Positions 10,071 to 19,440 of a DNA stretch of 64,000 bases are shown here, in pieces (the stretch's first letter is position 1; every line of letters begins with the position of its first letter). The notes under the pieces are model-generated. The model was not told where the DNA came from and made no database searches. It saw only the letters and a program-made list of their open reading frames with translations. This DNA comes from an uncultured Gemmatimonadales bacterium. Its GTDB lineage: Bacteria > Gemmatimonadota > Gemmatimonadetes > Gemmatimonadales > GWC2-71-9. Made by a program: the position numbers and the translations under genes. The stretch covers positions 352,001 through 416,000 of the forward strand of contig CAWGED010000005.1 of the NCBI GenBank assembly GCA_963821525.1, read 5' to 3'.

Positions 10071-11409
10071 ATGCTTGCTTATTTGACATTATTGGCGATC
10101 CTCGCTTTCACGATTGTCGCCCAGGTTCGGCGTATGCACCGTCGCGACCGCGAGGCTCGAGCTGCGGCATCCCGCGGCGGCCTGGTCACGGAAGGACCCC
10201 GGGCACAACATCCGCACATCGACGTGGATCACTGCATAGGCTGTGGTGCGTGCGTTGATGCTTGCCCGGAGGGAGACGTACTCGCCGTCATCGGCGGGAA
10301 AGCCGCGATCGCCAAAGGACACAAATGCATCGGTCACGGGCTCTGCGCCGAGGCTTGCCCGGTCGGCGCGATCGAGATCGTCATGGCCGCGGCGAGCATC
10401 AGCGCAGATCTGCCGCAACTCAGCGCCGACTATGAAACCAACGTTCCCGGGTCTCTTCATCGCCGGAGAGCTGGGCGGACTTGCCCTGATCAAGAACGCG
10501 ATCAATCAGGGTCGTGACTGCGTGGACACGATCGCCCGGCGGGTGGCCCAGACCCGCGGACCTCGCTCAGTCGAGGTTCACGACGTCTGCATTGTCGGAG
10601 CCGGTCCGGGAGGGATCAGCGCTTCGCTCCGCGCCATTGAGCGCAAGCTCTCGTATGTCACGCTGGAACAGGACGAATTGGGCGGGACGGTAGCCAAGTA
10701 CCCTCGACAGAAACTGGTCCTGACGAGCCCGGTCGAATTGCCGCTCTATGGGAAGTTCAAGAAACTCGAGATCTCGAAAGAGGACCTGCTGGAGGTGTGG
10801 GCGGAGCTCTCGGACAAGGTGGGGTTGGTCGTCAACACTCGGGAGCGGGTGGACCACCTGATTCGAGAGCCGGACGGCACCTTCCGCATCGAGACCTCGA
10901 ACGGACGCTATCGGGCCCGCCACGTGATCCTGGCCCTGGGTCGCCGGGGCACGCCCCGCAAACTTGGTGTTCCCGGCGAGGAACTCTCCCATGTCATGTA
11001 CAGCCTGATCGATGCGGAGGCGTATACCGACAAGAGGATTCTGGTGGTGGGTGGAGGTGACAGCGCGGTGGAGGCCGCTATGGGTCTGGCTCACCAGCGA
11101 GGAAACCGCGTCGTCGTCTCCTATCGGGCTGCGGAGTTCACGCGGCTCAAGGAGCGGAATGCGCGAGGCCTGCAGGAAGCCGTGAAATCAGGCCGACTCG
11201 AGGTAGTGCTGAATTCCCTGCCGACCGAGATCAGCAGCGAAGCGGTGCTGCTTCGGATCGGCGAGGGTACTCGCCGGATCTCAGCCGATTATGTATGGAT
11301 CTTCATAGGGGGCACGCCCCCCAATCACTTCCTGGAAAAGGCCGGGGTCATCCTTGGGGCACGGGACCTGACCGCCGAGGCGGCGGCAGAGGCATTGCGG
11401 GTCGCCTGA
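10071..11409 (+). CDS. Membrane-anchored 2x[4Fe-4S] ferredoxin fused to a thioredoxin-reductase-like FAD/NAD(P)-binding domain (indel near 10450)
   Basis: N-terminal TM; CIGCGACVDACP and CIGHGLCAEACP; IVGAGPGG; ILALGRRGTPRKLGVPGE; VVGGGDSA. Confidence 0.85.
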
Positions 11410-11465
11410 CGCGCTGCGAAGGCTCCGCTCGCGGAGTATATTGGACGCAGCAATCACGTGGAGTC

Positions 11466-11891
11466 ATGATGAAACCGGGACACAAATTCCTACTGGGCGC
11501 CGCCATCATCGTTGGCGCCGTTGCCTTGCTGATGATCGAAGGGGTCAAGGAGTTTGGTCAGTATTCCCTCACACCGACCGAACTTGCCGCCAAGACGGCC
11601 GCCGATTCCTCGTTCTACAACCTCGGCCTGAAGATGAACGCCAAAGTGGTTCCCGGAACGATCAAGCGGGACCCGGCGTCTCAGACCATCGATTTCGAGG
11701 TGACCGACGGCAGTCACACCTATCCTGTGAGTTATCACGGGCTGGCGCCCGACACCTTCACCGACCAGCAGGATATCGAAGTGGTCGTCGAGGGCCGGCT
11801 GGGGCGGGATGGGGTGTTCCGCGCCACGACACTGCTGGCCAAGTGCGGCTCGCGCTACTCCGGCAAGTACGCGGAGGGAAAGAAGGTGTAG
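11466..11891 (+). CDS. ccmE: Cytochrome c maturation heme chaperone CcmE (CxxxY type)
   Basis: N-terminal TM, V.Y.G..PDTF, VVVEGRL, LLAKCGSRY. Confidence 0.85.
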   Translation: MMKPGHKFLLGAAIIVGAVALLMIEGVKEFGQYSLTPTELAAKTAADSSFYNLGLKMNAKVVPGTIKRDPASQTIDFEVTDGSHTYPVSYHGLAPDTFTDQQDIEVVVEGRLGRDGVFRATTLLAKCGSRYSGKYAEGKKV

Positions 11892-11927
11892 CTGTCCCGG
11901 TAGGCTAGGCGGCGGTGGCTCGCGGGG

Positions 11928-11965
11928 GGGCCGGCTTCGGATTACGAAGCCGGCCCTTTGTTTTT
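11928..11965 (+). terminator. Rho-independent terminator after ccmE
   Basis: Perfect 12-bp stem GGGCCGGCTTCG-gatta-CGAAGCCGGCCC followed by TTTGTTTTT. Confidence 0.85.
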
Positions 11966-12277
11966 GGGGAGTGACTCTCGAGCCTGCCGAGCCCACGCGG
12001 CCACTGAGCCGCAGCCGCATGAGGAAAACTTCATCCCTCATTCCGGGTCCTTTTAGCGCCCGTCCCCCAACGTAGCCCAACCCCGTTGAGTTCGCGGGAT
12101 CACCCTCGGCCACGGCTGTCGTGACGTGTCAAACAGCTCCGCCGGTCATTGTCGGACCCCTTCGCAGAGGCACTCATGGTGCGAGAGTGCCAGGCTTGCT
12201 GGCTTCACGCCAGTCCCCCCACGGGCGGAGCCCACGGGCGCGCCGGGTCGCCAATCCTCTCTTACCCGCGACTACCT

Positions 12278-14623
12278 ATGAGACGGGTCGACCGTAGGAC
12301 GTTCCTCAAGAGGCTTGGGGTCGTTTCAGCGGCCACCGCCGCCGCTGGCGCCGTTCCCGGCATGGTGTTCCCCACGGGTGGTATCCTCCCGCACGGCGCC
12401 CAAACCGGCCCAGTCTGGAAGAAGACACCGTGCCGCCTTTGCGGCGTCGGCTGCGGATTACTGATAGCGATCGAGAACGGACGCGCAGTGGCCGTAAAGG
12501 GCGACCCTGACTCCCCGGTGAGCAAAGGGCTGGCCTGTGTGAAGGGCTATAACTCCGTGCAGGCGCTCTACGGGCGGGACCGGCTCGCGCACGCCATGGT
12601 CCGGCGCGACGGTGGGCTGGTGGAGGCTTCCCTCAACGAGACGTTCGACCTGGTGGCGCGCAGGCTCCGCGAGACCGTCGAGAAGCACGGCAAGAACAGC
12701 GTCGCCATCTACGGCTCGGCCCAGTGGACCATCCCGGATGCCTACATCGCGTCGAAGCTGTTCAAGGGAGCGCTGGGAACCAACAACGTGGAGACCAGCT
12801 CGCGCCTTTACGCCGGAAGCGCGATGGCCGGCCTCCAGAGCAGCTTCGGCCTCGACGGTGGGATCGGCTGCTACGAGGACATCGACCACGCCGACGTCTT
12901 CGTGTTGTGGGACGTCAATCTGGCGGAAACCGATCCGGTTCTCTTCTCTCGCATGCTGGACCGCCGGCGGGTGAACCCCGCCGTCCGGATCATCGAGGTC
13001 GCAACCCGCACCACGCGCACCAGTTACGCCGTCGACCAGTCTCTGCTGCACGCGCCGCATGCCGCGGCGGCGATCGCCAACGGCATCTGCAACGAAATCG
13101 TGGCCCGCAAATGGGTGCAGCAGGAGTTCGTCGCCCAGCACGTCGCCTTCAAACGGGGGAGGGCGAACATAGGTGACGGTCTGGCCGACGACCCTCTGGT
13201 TACGGAAGACGCCACCGACAGCACTTGGAGAGAGTACGTAGCGTTTCTCGCGGACTACGAGCCGGAGCGAGCCCAGGAATTGTCCGGCGTTTCGGCGGCG
13301 AGCATTCGCTGGCTGGCGTCCCTCTACGGCGACCCGCTGCGCAAGGTGATGTCGGTCTGGGGCCGAGAGGTGAACCAGGACGTGCGCGGCACCTGGATGA
13401 ACAACCTGCTCTACAACATCCATCTGCTGGTGGGGAAGGTCGCCTCGCCAGGGAATAGCCCCTTCGCCACCACGGGCCAGCCGAGCGGCGGGAGCGCGGT
13501 GAACGACGCGGGCAGCTTGACGCACACTCTGCCGCGCGGGGTGGTACAGAACGAAGAGGATCGCCGCCGGGCGTCGGAGATCTGGGGCGTCCCGGTGGAC
13601 AGGATCGATGCCCAGCCGACCGCCCCTTTGCTGGCAATGTTCCGCCAGCTGGAACGGGGCGACATCCGCTTTCTCTGGATCCTGGCCACCGATCCGATGG
13701 TCAGCCTGCCGAATTTGGACCGTTATCGTCAGGCGGCAACCAAGGGCGACCGCTTCATCGTGGTCTCGGAGGCGTATCCGACTCCTACGACGGATGTGGC
13801 GGACGTCGTCCTCCCCGCGGCGATGTGGCTTGAGCGCGAGGGGATCTACGCGAACGTCGAGCGCCGGGCGCAGCACTTCGAGCGGATGGTAGCGCCTCCC
13901 GGTGAGGCCACCGGCGACGCTTGGCAGATGATCGAGGTCGCCCGCCGTCTCGGCTTCGAGAAGCTGTTCCCCTACCAGCCGGGTGGCCACGTCGAGCAGA
14001 TCTGGGAGGAGTACCGCCGCTTTCATCAGGAACCGCAAGACGCGCTGCCCGCCACCTCCGAGCTCCGCGCGAACTCCGGCGTGATGTGGCCTTACGTGGG
14101 CGGCCGCGAGACGCGGTGGCGCTACAACTCCGCTTACGATCCGGCGGCCGATGGCACCCACGGCGCCTTCGATTTCTACGGCCATGCGGACCATCGTGCC
14201 TGGATCTGGCTCAGACCCTACGAGCCTCCGGCGGAGTTTCCAGGCGGCGAGTATCCATTCTGGCTCACGACGGGCGCCGTACTCGAGCATTGGGGTGCGG
14301 GCTCGATGACCCAACGCATTCCGACGTTGCATCACGCGCTCCCTCATGCCTACGTCGAGGTCAATCGCGAGGACGCAAGCGATCTGGGCATTCGGAACCG
14401 CGAGACCATCCGCCTGGTGAGCCGCCGCGGCTCGATCGAGCTCGAGGCCCGCATCGACTATCGTTCCCAACCGCCGCGTGGGCAGGTCTTTGTTCCGTCG
14501 TTCGACGAGGCGCGGCCGGTGAATCGGCTCACGCTCGATGCGTGCTGTCCGCTATCGGGCCAGCCCGATTCCAGCAAGTGTGCGGTTCGGGTGGAGCGAC
14601 TGACGCCGCGGAGCGGCACATGA
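12278..14623 (+). CDS. Tat-exported NapA-like (DMSO-reductase superfamily) subunit with a divergent active site
   Basis: DRRTFLK Tat motif; CRLCGVGC...CVKG FeS motif; GSAQWT, YNIHLLVGK, TGQPS, MWLEREG...NVERR, KCAV are colinear with NapA; the Mo-ligand position reads RLY. Confidence 0.85.
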   Translation: MRRVDRRTFLKRLGVVSAATAAAGAVPGMVFPTGGILPHGAQTGPVWKKTPCRLCGVGCGLLIAIENGRAVAVKGDPDSPVSKGLACVKGYNSVQALYGRDRLAHAMVRRDGGLVEASLNETFDLVARRLRETVEKHGKNSVAIYGSAQWTIPDAYIASKLFKGALGTNNVETSSRLYAGSAMAGLQSSFGLDGGIGCYEDIDHADVFVLWDVNLAETDPVLFSRMLDRRRVNPAVRIIEVATRTTRTSYAVDQSLLHAPHAAAAIANGICNEIVARKWVQQEFVAQHVAFKRGRANIGDGLADDPLVTEDATDSTWREYVAFLADYEPERAQELSGVSAASIRWLASLYGDPLRKVMSVWGREVNQDVRGTWMNNLLYNIHLLVGKVASPGNSPFATTGQPSGGSAVNDAGSLTHTLPRGVVQNEEDRRRASEIWGVPVDRIDAQPTAPLLAMFRQLERGDIRFLWILATDPMVSLPNLDRYRQAATKGDRFIVVSEAYPTPTTDVADVVLPAAMWLEREGIYANVERRAQHFERMVAPPGEATGDAWQMIEVARRLGFEKLFPYQPGGHVEQIWEEYRRFHQEPQDALPATSELRANSGVMWPYVGGRETRWRYNSAYDPAADGTHGAFDFYGHADHRAWIWLRPYEPPAEFPGGEYPFWLTTGAVLEHWGAGSMTQRIPTLHHALPHAYVEVNREDASDLGIRNRETIRLVSRRGSIELEARIDYRSQPPRGQVFVPSFDEARPVNRLTLDACCPLSGQPDSSKCAVRVERLTPRSGT

Positions 14624-15438
14624 GCTCCCCCGACCGGCACCCGGCCGCACTCGTCTTGGGCCTGTTCATGGTCGGCTCGGCCGTCACCGCCGCGGCCGCG
14701 TTGAGCGTCGCGGTGAAACGTGCTGCCGCCGGTCGGGAGCCGGTGCCCGCCCCCATCGCCGTCAAGATGGTGGCGCCACCCGATGAGCCGATCCGCGCCG
14801 AGGCGCAGGTGTTCCGCACAACTCCCGCCATCCTGGCGATCGAGCCCTCTGCCCGCCGGGAACGGTCGGCTCACCCGCGCACACTGAAGACGGTTCGCTT
14901 CCTGCGCGCCTTTCCGGGAGCCCCACCGCGGATTCCCCACGCCCTCACGCCTGAGGAATTCCGCACCGACGCCTGCAAGACCTGCCACGAGCGAGGTGGC
15001 TTCTCGCAGCGGTTTGACGCCTACGTGCCAGTGACGCCGCATCCCGAGCGGGGCATCTGTCTCCAGTGCCACGCGGGCGAGGACTCGCTCATGGGAGTGG
15101 CGATTCCCATCGCAAACCCGAACGCGAGGTGTCCGCAGTGCCACGGTCCGAGCGGTGGCCCCCCACGCGCAGATGCTACACTGACCTGGCCCACGACGGT
15201 TTGGCCGCAGGTGCCGCGGACAACGCCCGACCAAGATCCCCCCCCGATTCCGCACAGTCTGCAGTTCAGGGAGAATTGCCTCACCTGCCATTCCGGGCCT
15301 TCCGCCGTCGCTGAAATCCGGACCAAACACCCGGAGCGGGTCAACTGCCGTCAGTGCCATGTCGCGCTCGATCCGGAGGCGGAGCCGTTCGCCCGCCTGC
15401 CGCAGGACGTCGCTGCCGGGGACGGGAGTACGCCATGA
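14620..15438 (+). CDS. NapB-like cytochrome c with two PPxIPH modules, 5 CxxCH
   Basis: N-terminal hydrophobic segment; GAPPRIPH and DPPPIPH; CKTCH, CLQCH, CPQCH, CLTCH, CRQCH. Confidence 0.8.
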   Translation: MSSPDRHPAALVLGLFMVGSAVTAAAALSVAVKRAAAGREPVPAPIAVKMVAPPDEPIRAEAQVFRTTPAILAIEPSARRERSAHPRTLKTVRFLRAFPGAPPRIPHALTPEEFRTDACKTCHERGGFSQRFDAYVPVTPHPERGICLQCHAGEDSLMGVAIPIANPNARCPQCHGPSGGPPRADATLTWPTTVWPQVPRTTPDQDPPPIPHSLQFRENCLTCHSGPSAVAEIRTKHPERVNCRQCHVALDPEAEPFARLPQDVAAGDGSTP

Positions 15439-16157
15439 GCCGGACCCGGGTTGCGACCGCGGTCGGGTGCCTCGCGGCAGCATGGCTGACGTCTGCCTGT
15501 CGCGAACGAGCCCATGCGGTGTGGGACGTCCCACCGCCCGGGGCGGTCAGCCAGGTCGACTCTGCGACGGCCGCCCTGAACGCGACTCTGGAGCCCGGCG
15601 TACTGGCAACGGTGCAGGCGGTGCCGGTCCAACGCTGGAAGGGACCGGGCAACGAGCCATTCGAAGTCGCGCTCCGCAGCGCGACTCCGGAGGCGGGACA
15701 CTCCCGAATGTTCGGCTCCATCACGCTGCCGATCGCGCTGCGTAGCCGGGCGGCGGCCATGAGTCAGTACCCCTGCACGTCATGCCACCAGGGCCGGAAG
15801 GTGGTCATGGCCAACAAGCGCATCAGCGACGCTCACAACAACATCAAGCCGGTGCACCCGGACCAGACCGGCGCCGTCTGCTCCACCTGCCACTCGGCCG
15901 ACGACGTCGAGCTGCTCACGCTCAAGAGCGGCGAGCACGCCACCCTGGACGAGAGCTATCGGCTGTGTGCGCAGTGCCACTTCGAGCAGGCGAAGGCGTG
16001 GGCCGGCGGCGGGCATGGGAAACGACTCGACGGCTGGGAGGGACGGCGGGTGGTCATGGCCTGCGCCGATTGCCACGACCCACACAATCCCGCTGTCCAG
16101 ACCCGCATCCCCTTCCGCGCGCCGGAACTCGAGCGAACCAGGAGCGCCGGCCCATGA
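15435..16157 (+). CDS. Tetraheme cytochrome c, probable lipoprotein
   Basis: LTSAC lipobox-like motif; CTSCH, CSTCH, CAQCH, CADCH. Confidence 0.8.
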   Translation: MSRTRVATAVGCLAAAWLTSACRERAHAVWDVPPPGAVSQVDSATAALNATLEPGVLATVQAVPVQRWKGPGNEPFEVALRSATPEAGHSRMFGSITLPIALRSRAAAMSQYPCTSCHQGRKVVMANKRISDAHNNIKPVHPDQTGAVCSTCHSADDVELLTLKSGEHATLDESYRLCAQCHFEQAKAWAGGGHGKRLDGWEGRRVVMACADCHDPHNPAVQTRIPFRAPELERTRSAGP

Positions 16158-17128
16158 GCGATGACGGCACCCCCCAGATGCCGGAGCGCGCCGACGGCAC
16201 CGTGCTGCAGAAGCGGGTCGATCGGCGGGAAGCGCTGGGCCTCCTGGTTGGCGGCCTGGCCGCCGGCGCTGCCGCGGTGGGCGCGTGTACCCCGCTCACC
16301 GCGGCGACGCCCGAGGAGCGCGAGCTCAAGCTCTTAGCCTGGCGGGAGTACATCAAGGGCAATTACCACTTCATGACGGAGGAGGAGCGGGCGGAGACGA
16401 TCGCTCGTCTCGAGCGCCTCGCGAAGCTGCAGCGCGGCGTGGACGTGACTATCCAGTCCACCGGGGCACAGCCCGGCGTGATGTTCGGCTACGCCTTCAA
16501 TATTTCGAAGTGCAAGGGGTTCCGGAACTGCGTCGAGGCCTGCATCAACGAGAACAATCTCGATCGGCGGGCGGCGACGCAGTACATCCGCATCTTCGAG
16601 ATGGAGGACGGCGAAGTCGACCTCGACCTCGCCGATGCGACCTTCCAGCACGAGGTGCCGGCCGAGGGCCACTTCTATCTCGGGACCCAGTGCTTCCAGT
16701 GCGCCGATCCCCCGTGTGTGAAGGTCTGCCCGGTGGGCGCCACCTGGCAGGAACCGGATGGCATCACGGTCATCGACTACGACTGGTGCATTGGGTGCCG
16801 CTATTGCATGGCCGCCTGTCCCTACTGGGCGCGGCGCTTCAACTGGAGCCAGCCGGAGGTCCCCCAAGAGGAAGTGAACCCCAACCAGCACTACCTGGGC
16901 AACCGCGCGCGCAAGAAGGGCGTGGTCGAGAAGTGCACCTTCTGCATCCACCGGACCCGGCAGGGCCGGTTGCCGGCCTGCGCCGAGGCCTGTCCCACAG
17001 GGGCGCGGGTCTTCGGCAACCTGCTGGATCCCGACTCCGAGATCCGCTGGGTGCTGGCGAACAAGCGAATTTTCCGGCTGAAGGAAGAACTGAAGACGGA
17101 GCCGCGTTTCTGGTACTTCACCGACTGA
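16154..17128 (+). CDS. NrfC/PsrB/DsrO-like iron-sulfur subunit, copy 1
   Basis: DRREALG twin-arginine-like leader; CKGFRNCVEAC, CFQCADPPCVKVCP, CIGCRYCMAACPY, KCTFC...PACAEACP. Confidence 0.9.
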   Translation: MSDDGTPQMPERADGTVLQKRVDRREALGLLVGGLAAGAAAVGACTPLTAATPEERELKLLAWREYIKGNYHFMTEEERAETIARLERLAKLQRGVDVTIQSTGAQPGVMFGYAFNISKCKGFRNCVEACINENNLDRRAATQYIRIFEMEDGEVDLDLADATFQHEVPAEGHFYLGTQCFQCADPPCVKVCPVGATWQEPDGITVIDYDWCIGCRYCMAACPYWARRFNWSQPEVPQEEVNPNQHYLGNRARKKGVVEKCTFCIHRTRQGRLPACAEACPTGARVFGNLLDPDSEIRWVLANKRIFRLKEELKTEPRFWYFTD

Positions 17129-17135
17129 GGCGACC

Positions 17136-18430
17136 GTGCACCTGAAGCCATTCCTGCTCACAGCCCTAGACTCGGCGACCACCGGGGGCCGGCGCTACCA
17201 CCTCTGGATGGGGAGCCTGACGGCGATCATCCTCGTCGGGGCGTACGCGTATTCCCTCCAGCTGCGCTACGGACTCGGCGTCACGGGAATGAGCGATCAG
17301 GTGAGCTGGGGTCTTTACATCTCGAACTTCACCTTTCTCGTCGGCATGGCCGCGGCCGCCATGATGCTGGTGCTGCCGGCGTACATCCTGGACGACGTGG
17401 ACTTCGGCCGCGCGGTGCTGATGGCGGAAGGCGGTCGCCGTGGCGGCGCTGGTCATGTGCCCTCGGGTTCGTGGTGGTGGACATCGGCAACCCATTCGCC
17501 GGGTGGCACCTCGTGCCCGGCATCGGCTACCTGAACTGGCCGCGGTCGCTCCTGGCCTGGGACGTGATCGTGCTGAACGGGTACCTGGCGCTGAATCTGG
17601 CCATCCCGTTCTACATCCTCTACAGCCACTACTCCGGCCGTTCGCCGGCCAAGAACAAGTACCTCCCCTGGATGTACATCTCCGCCATGTGGGCGGTGAG
17701 CATTCACCTGGTCACGGCGTTCCTGCTGGCGGGCCTGCCCGCCCGGCCGTTCTGGAACACGGCGCTGCTGGGGCCCCGGTTCCTGGCCTCGGCCTTCACC
17801 GCGGGGCCGGCGTTCGTGCTCGCTGCTGCTCTGGTTCATCCGGCGGAAGACGAAGTACGCCATTGCCGATGGCGCCTTCTCGAAGCTCGCGCTGATCGCT
17901 GTCGCCGCGGCGCAGATCAACCTCGTGATGCTCATCTCCGAGCTGTTCTACGAGTTCTACTCGCCCACCCATCACGGCATCAACGCGCGGTATCTCTTCT
18001 TCGGCCTCGGCGGGCACCACGCCCTGGTGCCCTGGATCTGGACGGGGATCGGGCTGAATGTCCTGCGCGACCGTCGCCCTCATGATCCACCCGCTGCGGC
18101 GCAAATCCGCGCTGGCTGATGCCGGCCTGCGCCACGCTGTTCGTGGGCATCTGGATCGAGAAGGGGATCGGCCTGGTGATCCCCGGCTTCATTCCCTCGC
18201 CGCTGGGCGAGATCGTCGAGTACACGCCCACCTGGGTCGAGCTGTGCGTGACCGCCGGCATCTGGGCCCTGGGCCTGTTCGTGCTGACCGTCCTGGTGCG
18301 GGTGGCGCTGCCGATCGAGCTGGGGGATGTGCGCAGTCCGTACCTGGCGCAGGCGCCCGCCGCGCGGGCAGTCCGCCCGCGCGCGACCCGGGCGCGGCAC
18401 GAGGACGTCCGGCCAGTCCGGACCCGATGA
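17136..18430 (+). CDS. NrfD/PsrC/DsrP-like quinone-interacting membrane subunit, copy 1 (indels)
   Basis: GVTGMSDQVSWGLYISNFTFLVG, DIGNP, SLLAWDVIVL, HLVTAFL, EKGIGLVIPGF, EYTPTWVE. Confidence 0.85.
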
Positions 18431-18481
18431 TCCGACGCTGGGCACTCCGCCGGCCGACTTTACTTCCACGAGGTGATGGAC

Positions 18482-19361
18482 ATGACCAGACACTAGGCCA
18501 AACGACACCCGATACTCCTTCGCCGCGCTCGCCGCGGGGCTGGTCGGGGCGGCCGGGCTGGCCGGCGGGCTGTTCCTCGCGGGGGTCGCGCCGCCGCTGG
18601 CCGCGGTGGCGGGCCTGGGATTGGGGCTGCTCCTCGCCGCCTCGATCAAGTACACCGACCAGTGGGAGAAGGCGGTCCTCCTGCGGCTCGGCCGCTACCG
18701 GGGCCTGCGAGGTCCCGGGTACTTCGCCATCGTGCCGATCCTCGATCGGGTGGCCTACACCATCGACCAGCGGATCCGGACCACGGCGTTCGGCGCCGAA
18801 TCGTGCCTGACCCGCGACACGGTGCCGGTCAACGTCGACGCCATCGCCTTCTGGATCGTGCGCGACGCCGAGCGCGCCGCGCTGGAGGTGCAGGACTACG
18901 ACGAGGCGGTCATCCTCTCGGCGCAGACCGCGCTGCGGGACGCCATCGGGAAGCACGATCTCGCGGAGCTGATCCAGTCCCGGGTGGAACTGGGCCACGG
19001 ACTCAAGGTGGCGCTGGAGCAGAAGATGGCGAACTGGGGGATCCAGGTGCAGTCGGTGGAGATCCGGGACGTCATCATCCCGGCCGCGCTCGAGGACGCC
19101 ATGTCGCGCCAGGCCCAGGCCGAGCGGGAGCGCCAGGCCCGCATCATCCTGGGCACTGCGGAAACCGAGATCGCCCACAAGTTCGTCGAGGCCGCGGCCG
19201 CCTACCGCGACCACCCCGAAGCCATGAACCTGCGGGCCATGAACATGCTCTACGAGAGCATCGTCAAGCGCGGCTCGCTCATGGTGGTGCCCTCAGGCCT
19301 GGCCGACTCCCTGAACGTCCCATCCCTGATGGGCGTGTCAGGGGCACCGAAGAGCCTGTAA
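18482..19361 (+). CDS. SPFH/stomatin (slipin) family protein, copy 1 (5' indels, shorter C-terminus)
   Basis: QWEKAVLLRLG, LTRDTVPVNVDA, AQTALRDAIG, SVEIRDV, QAQAERERQARII. Confidence 0.85.
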
Positions 19362-19440
19362 CCCGGAAGGGAGGCGCAGGACCCCAGATGCACAACTGCC
19401 CCTTCCGCCCTGAACTGGAGCGTACCAGGAGCCACGGCCC

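Noticed and set aside
12060..12150. Minus-strand peptide GGAV*HVTTAVAEGDPANSTGLGYVGGR resembling a glycosylasparaginase N-terminus
   Set aside because: Too short and interrupted by a stop; cannot be separated from chance without a search
12278..14623. Plain napA call, or a selenocysteine ligand
   Set aside because: The ligand codon is TAC, not TGC or TGA, and several other pocket residues differ
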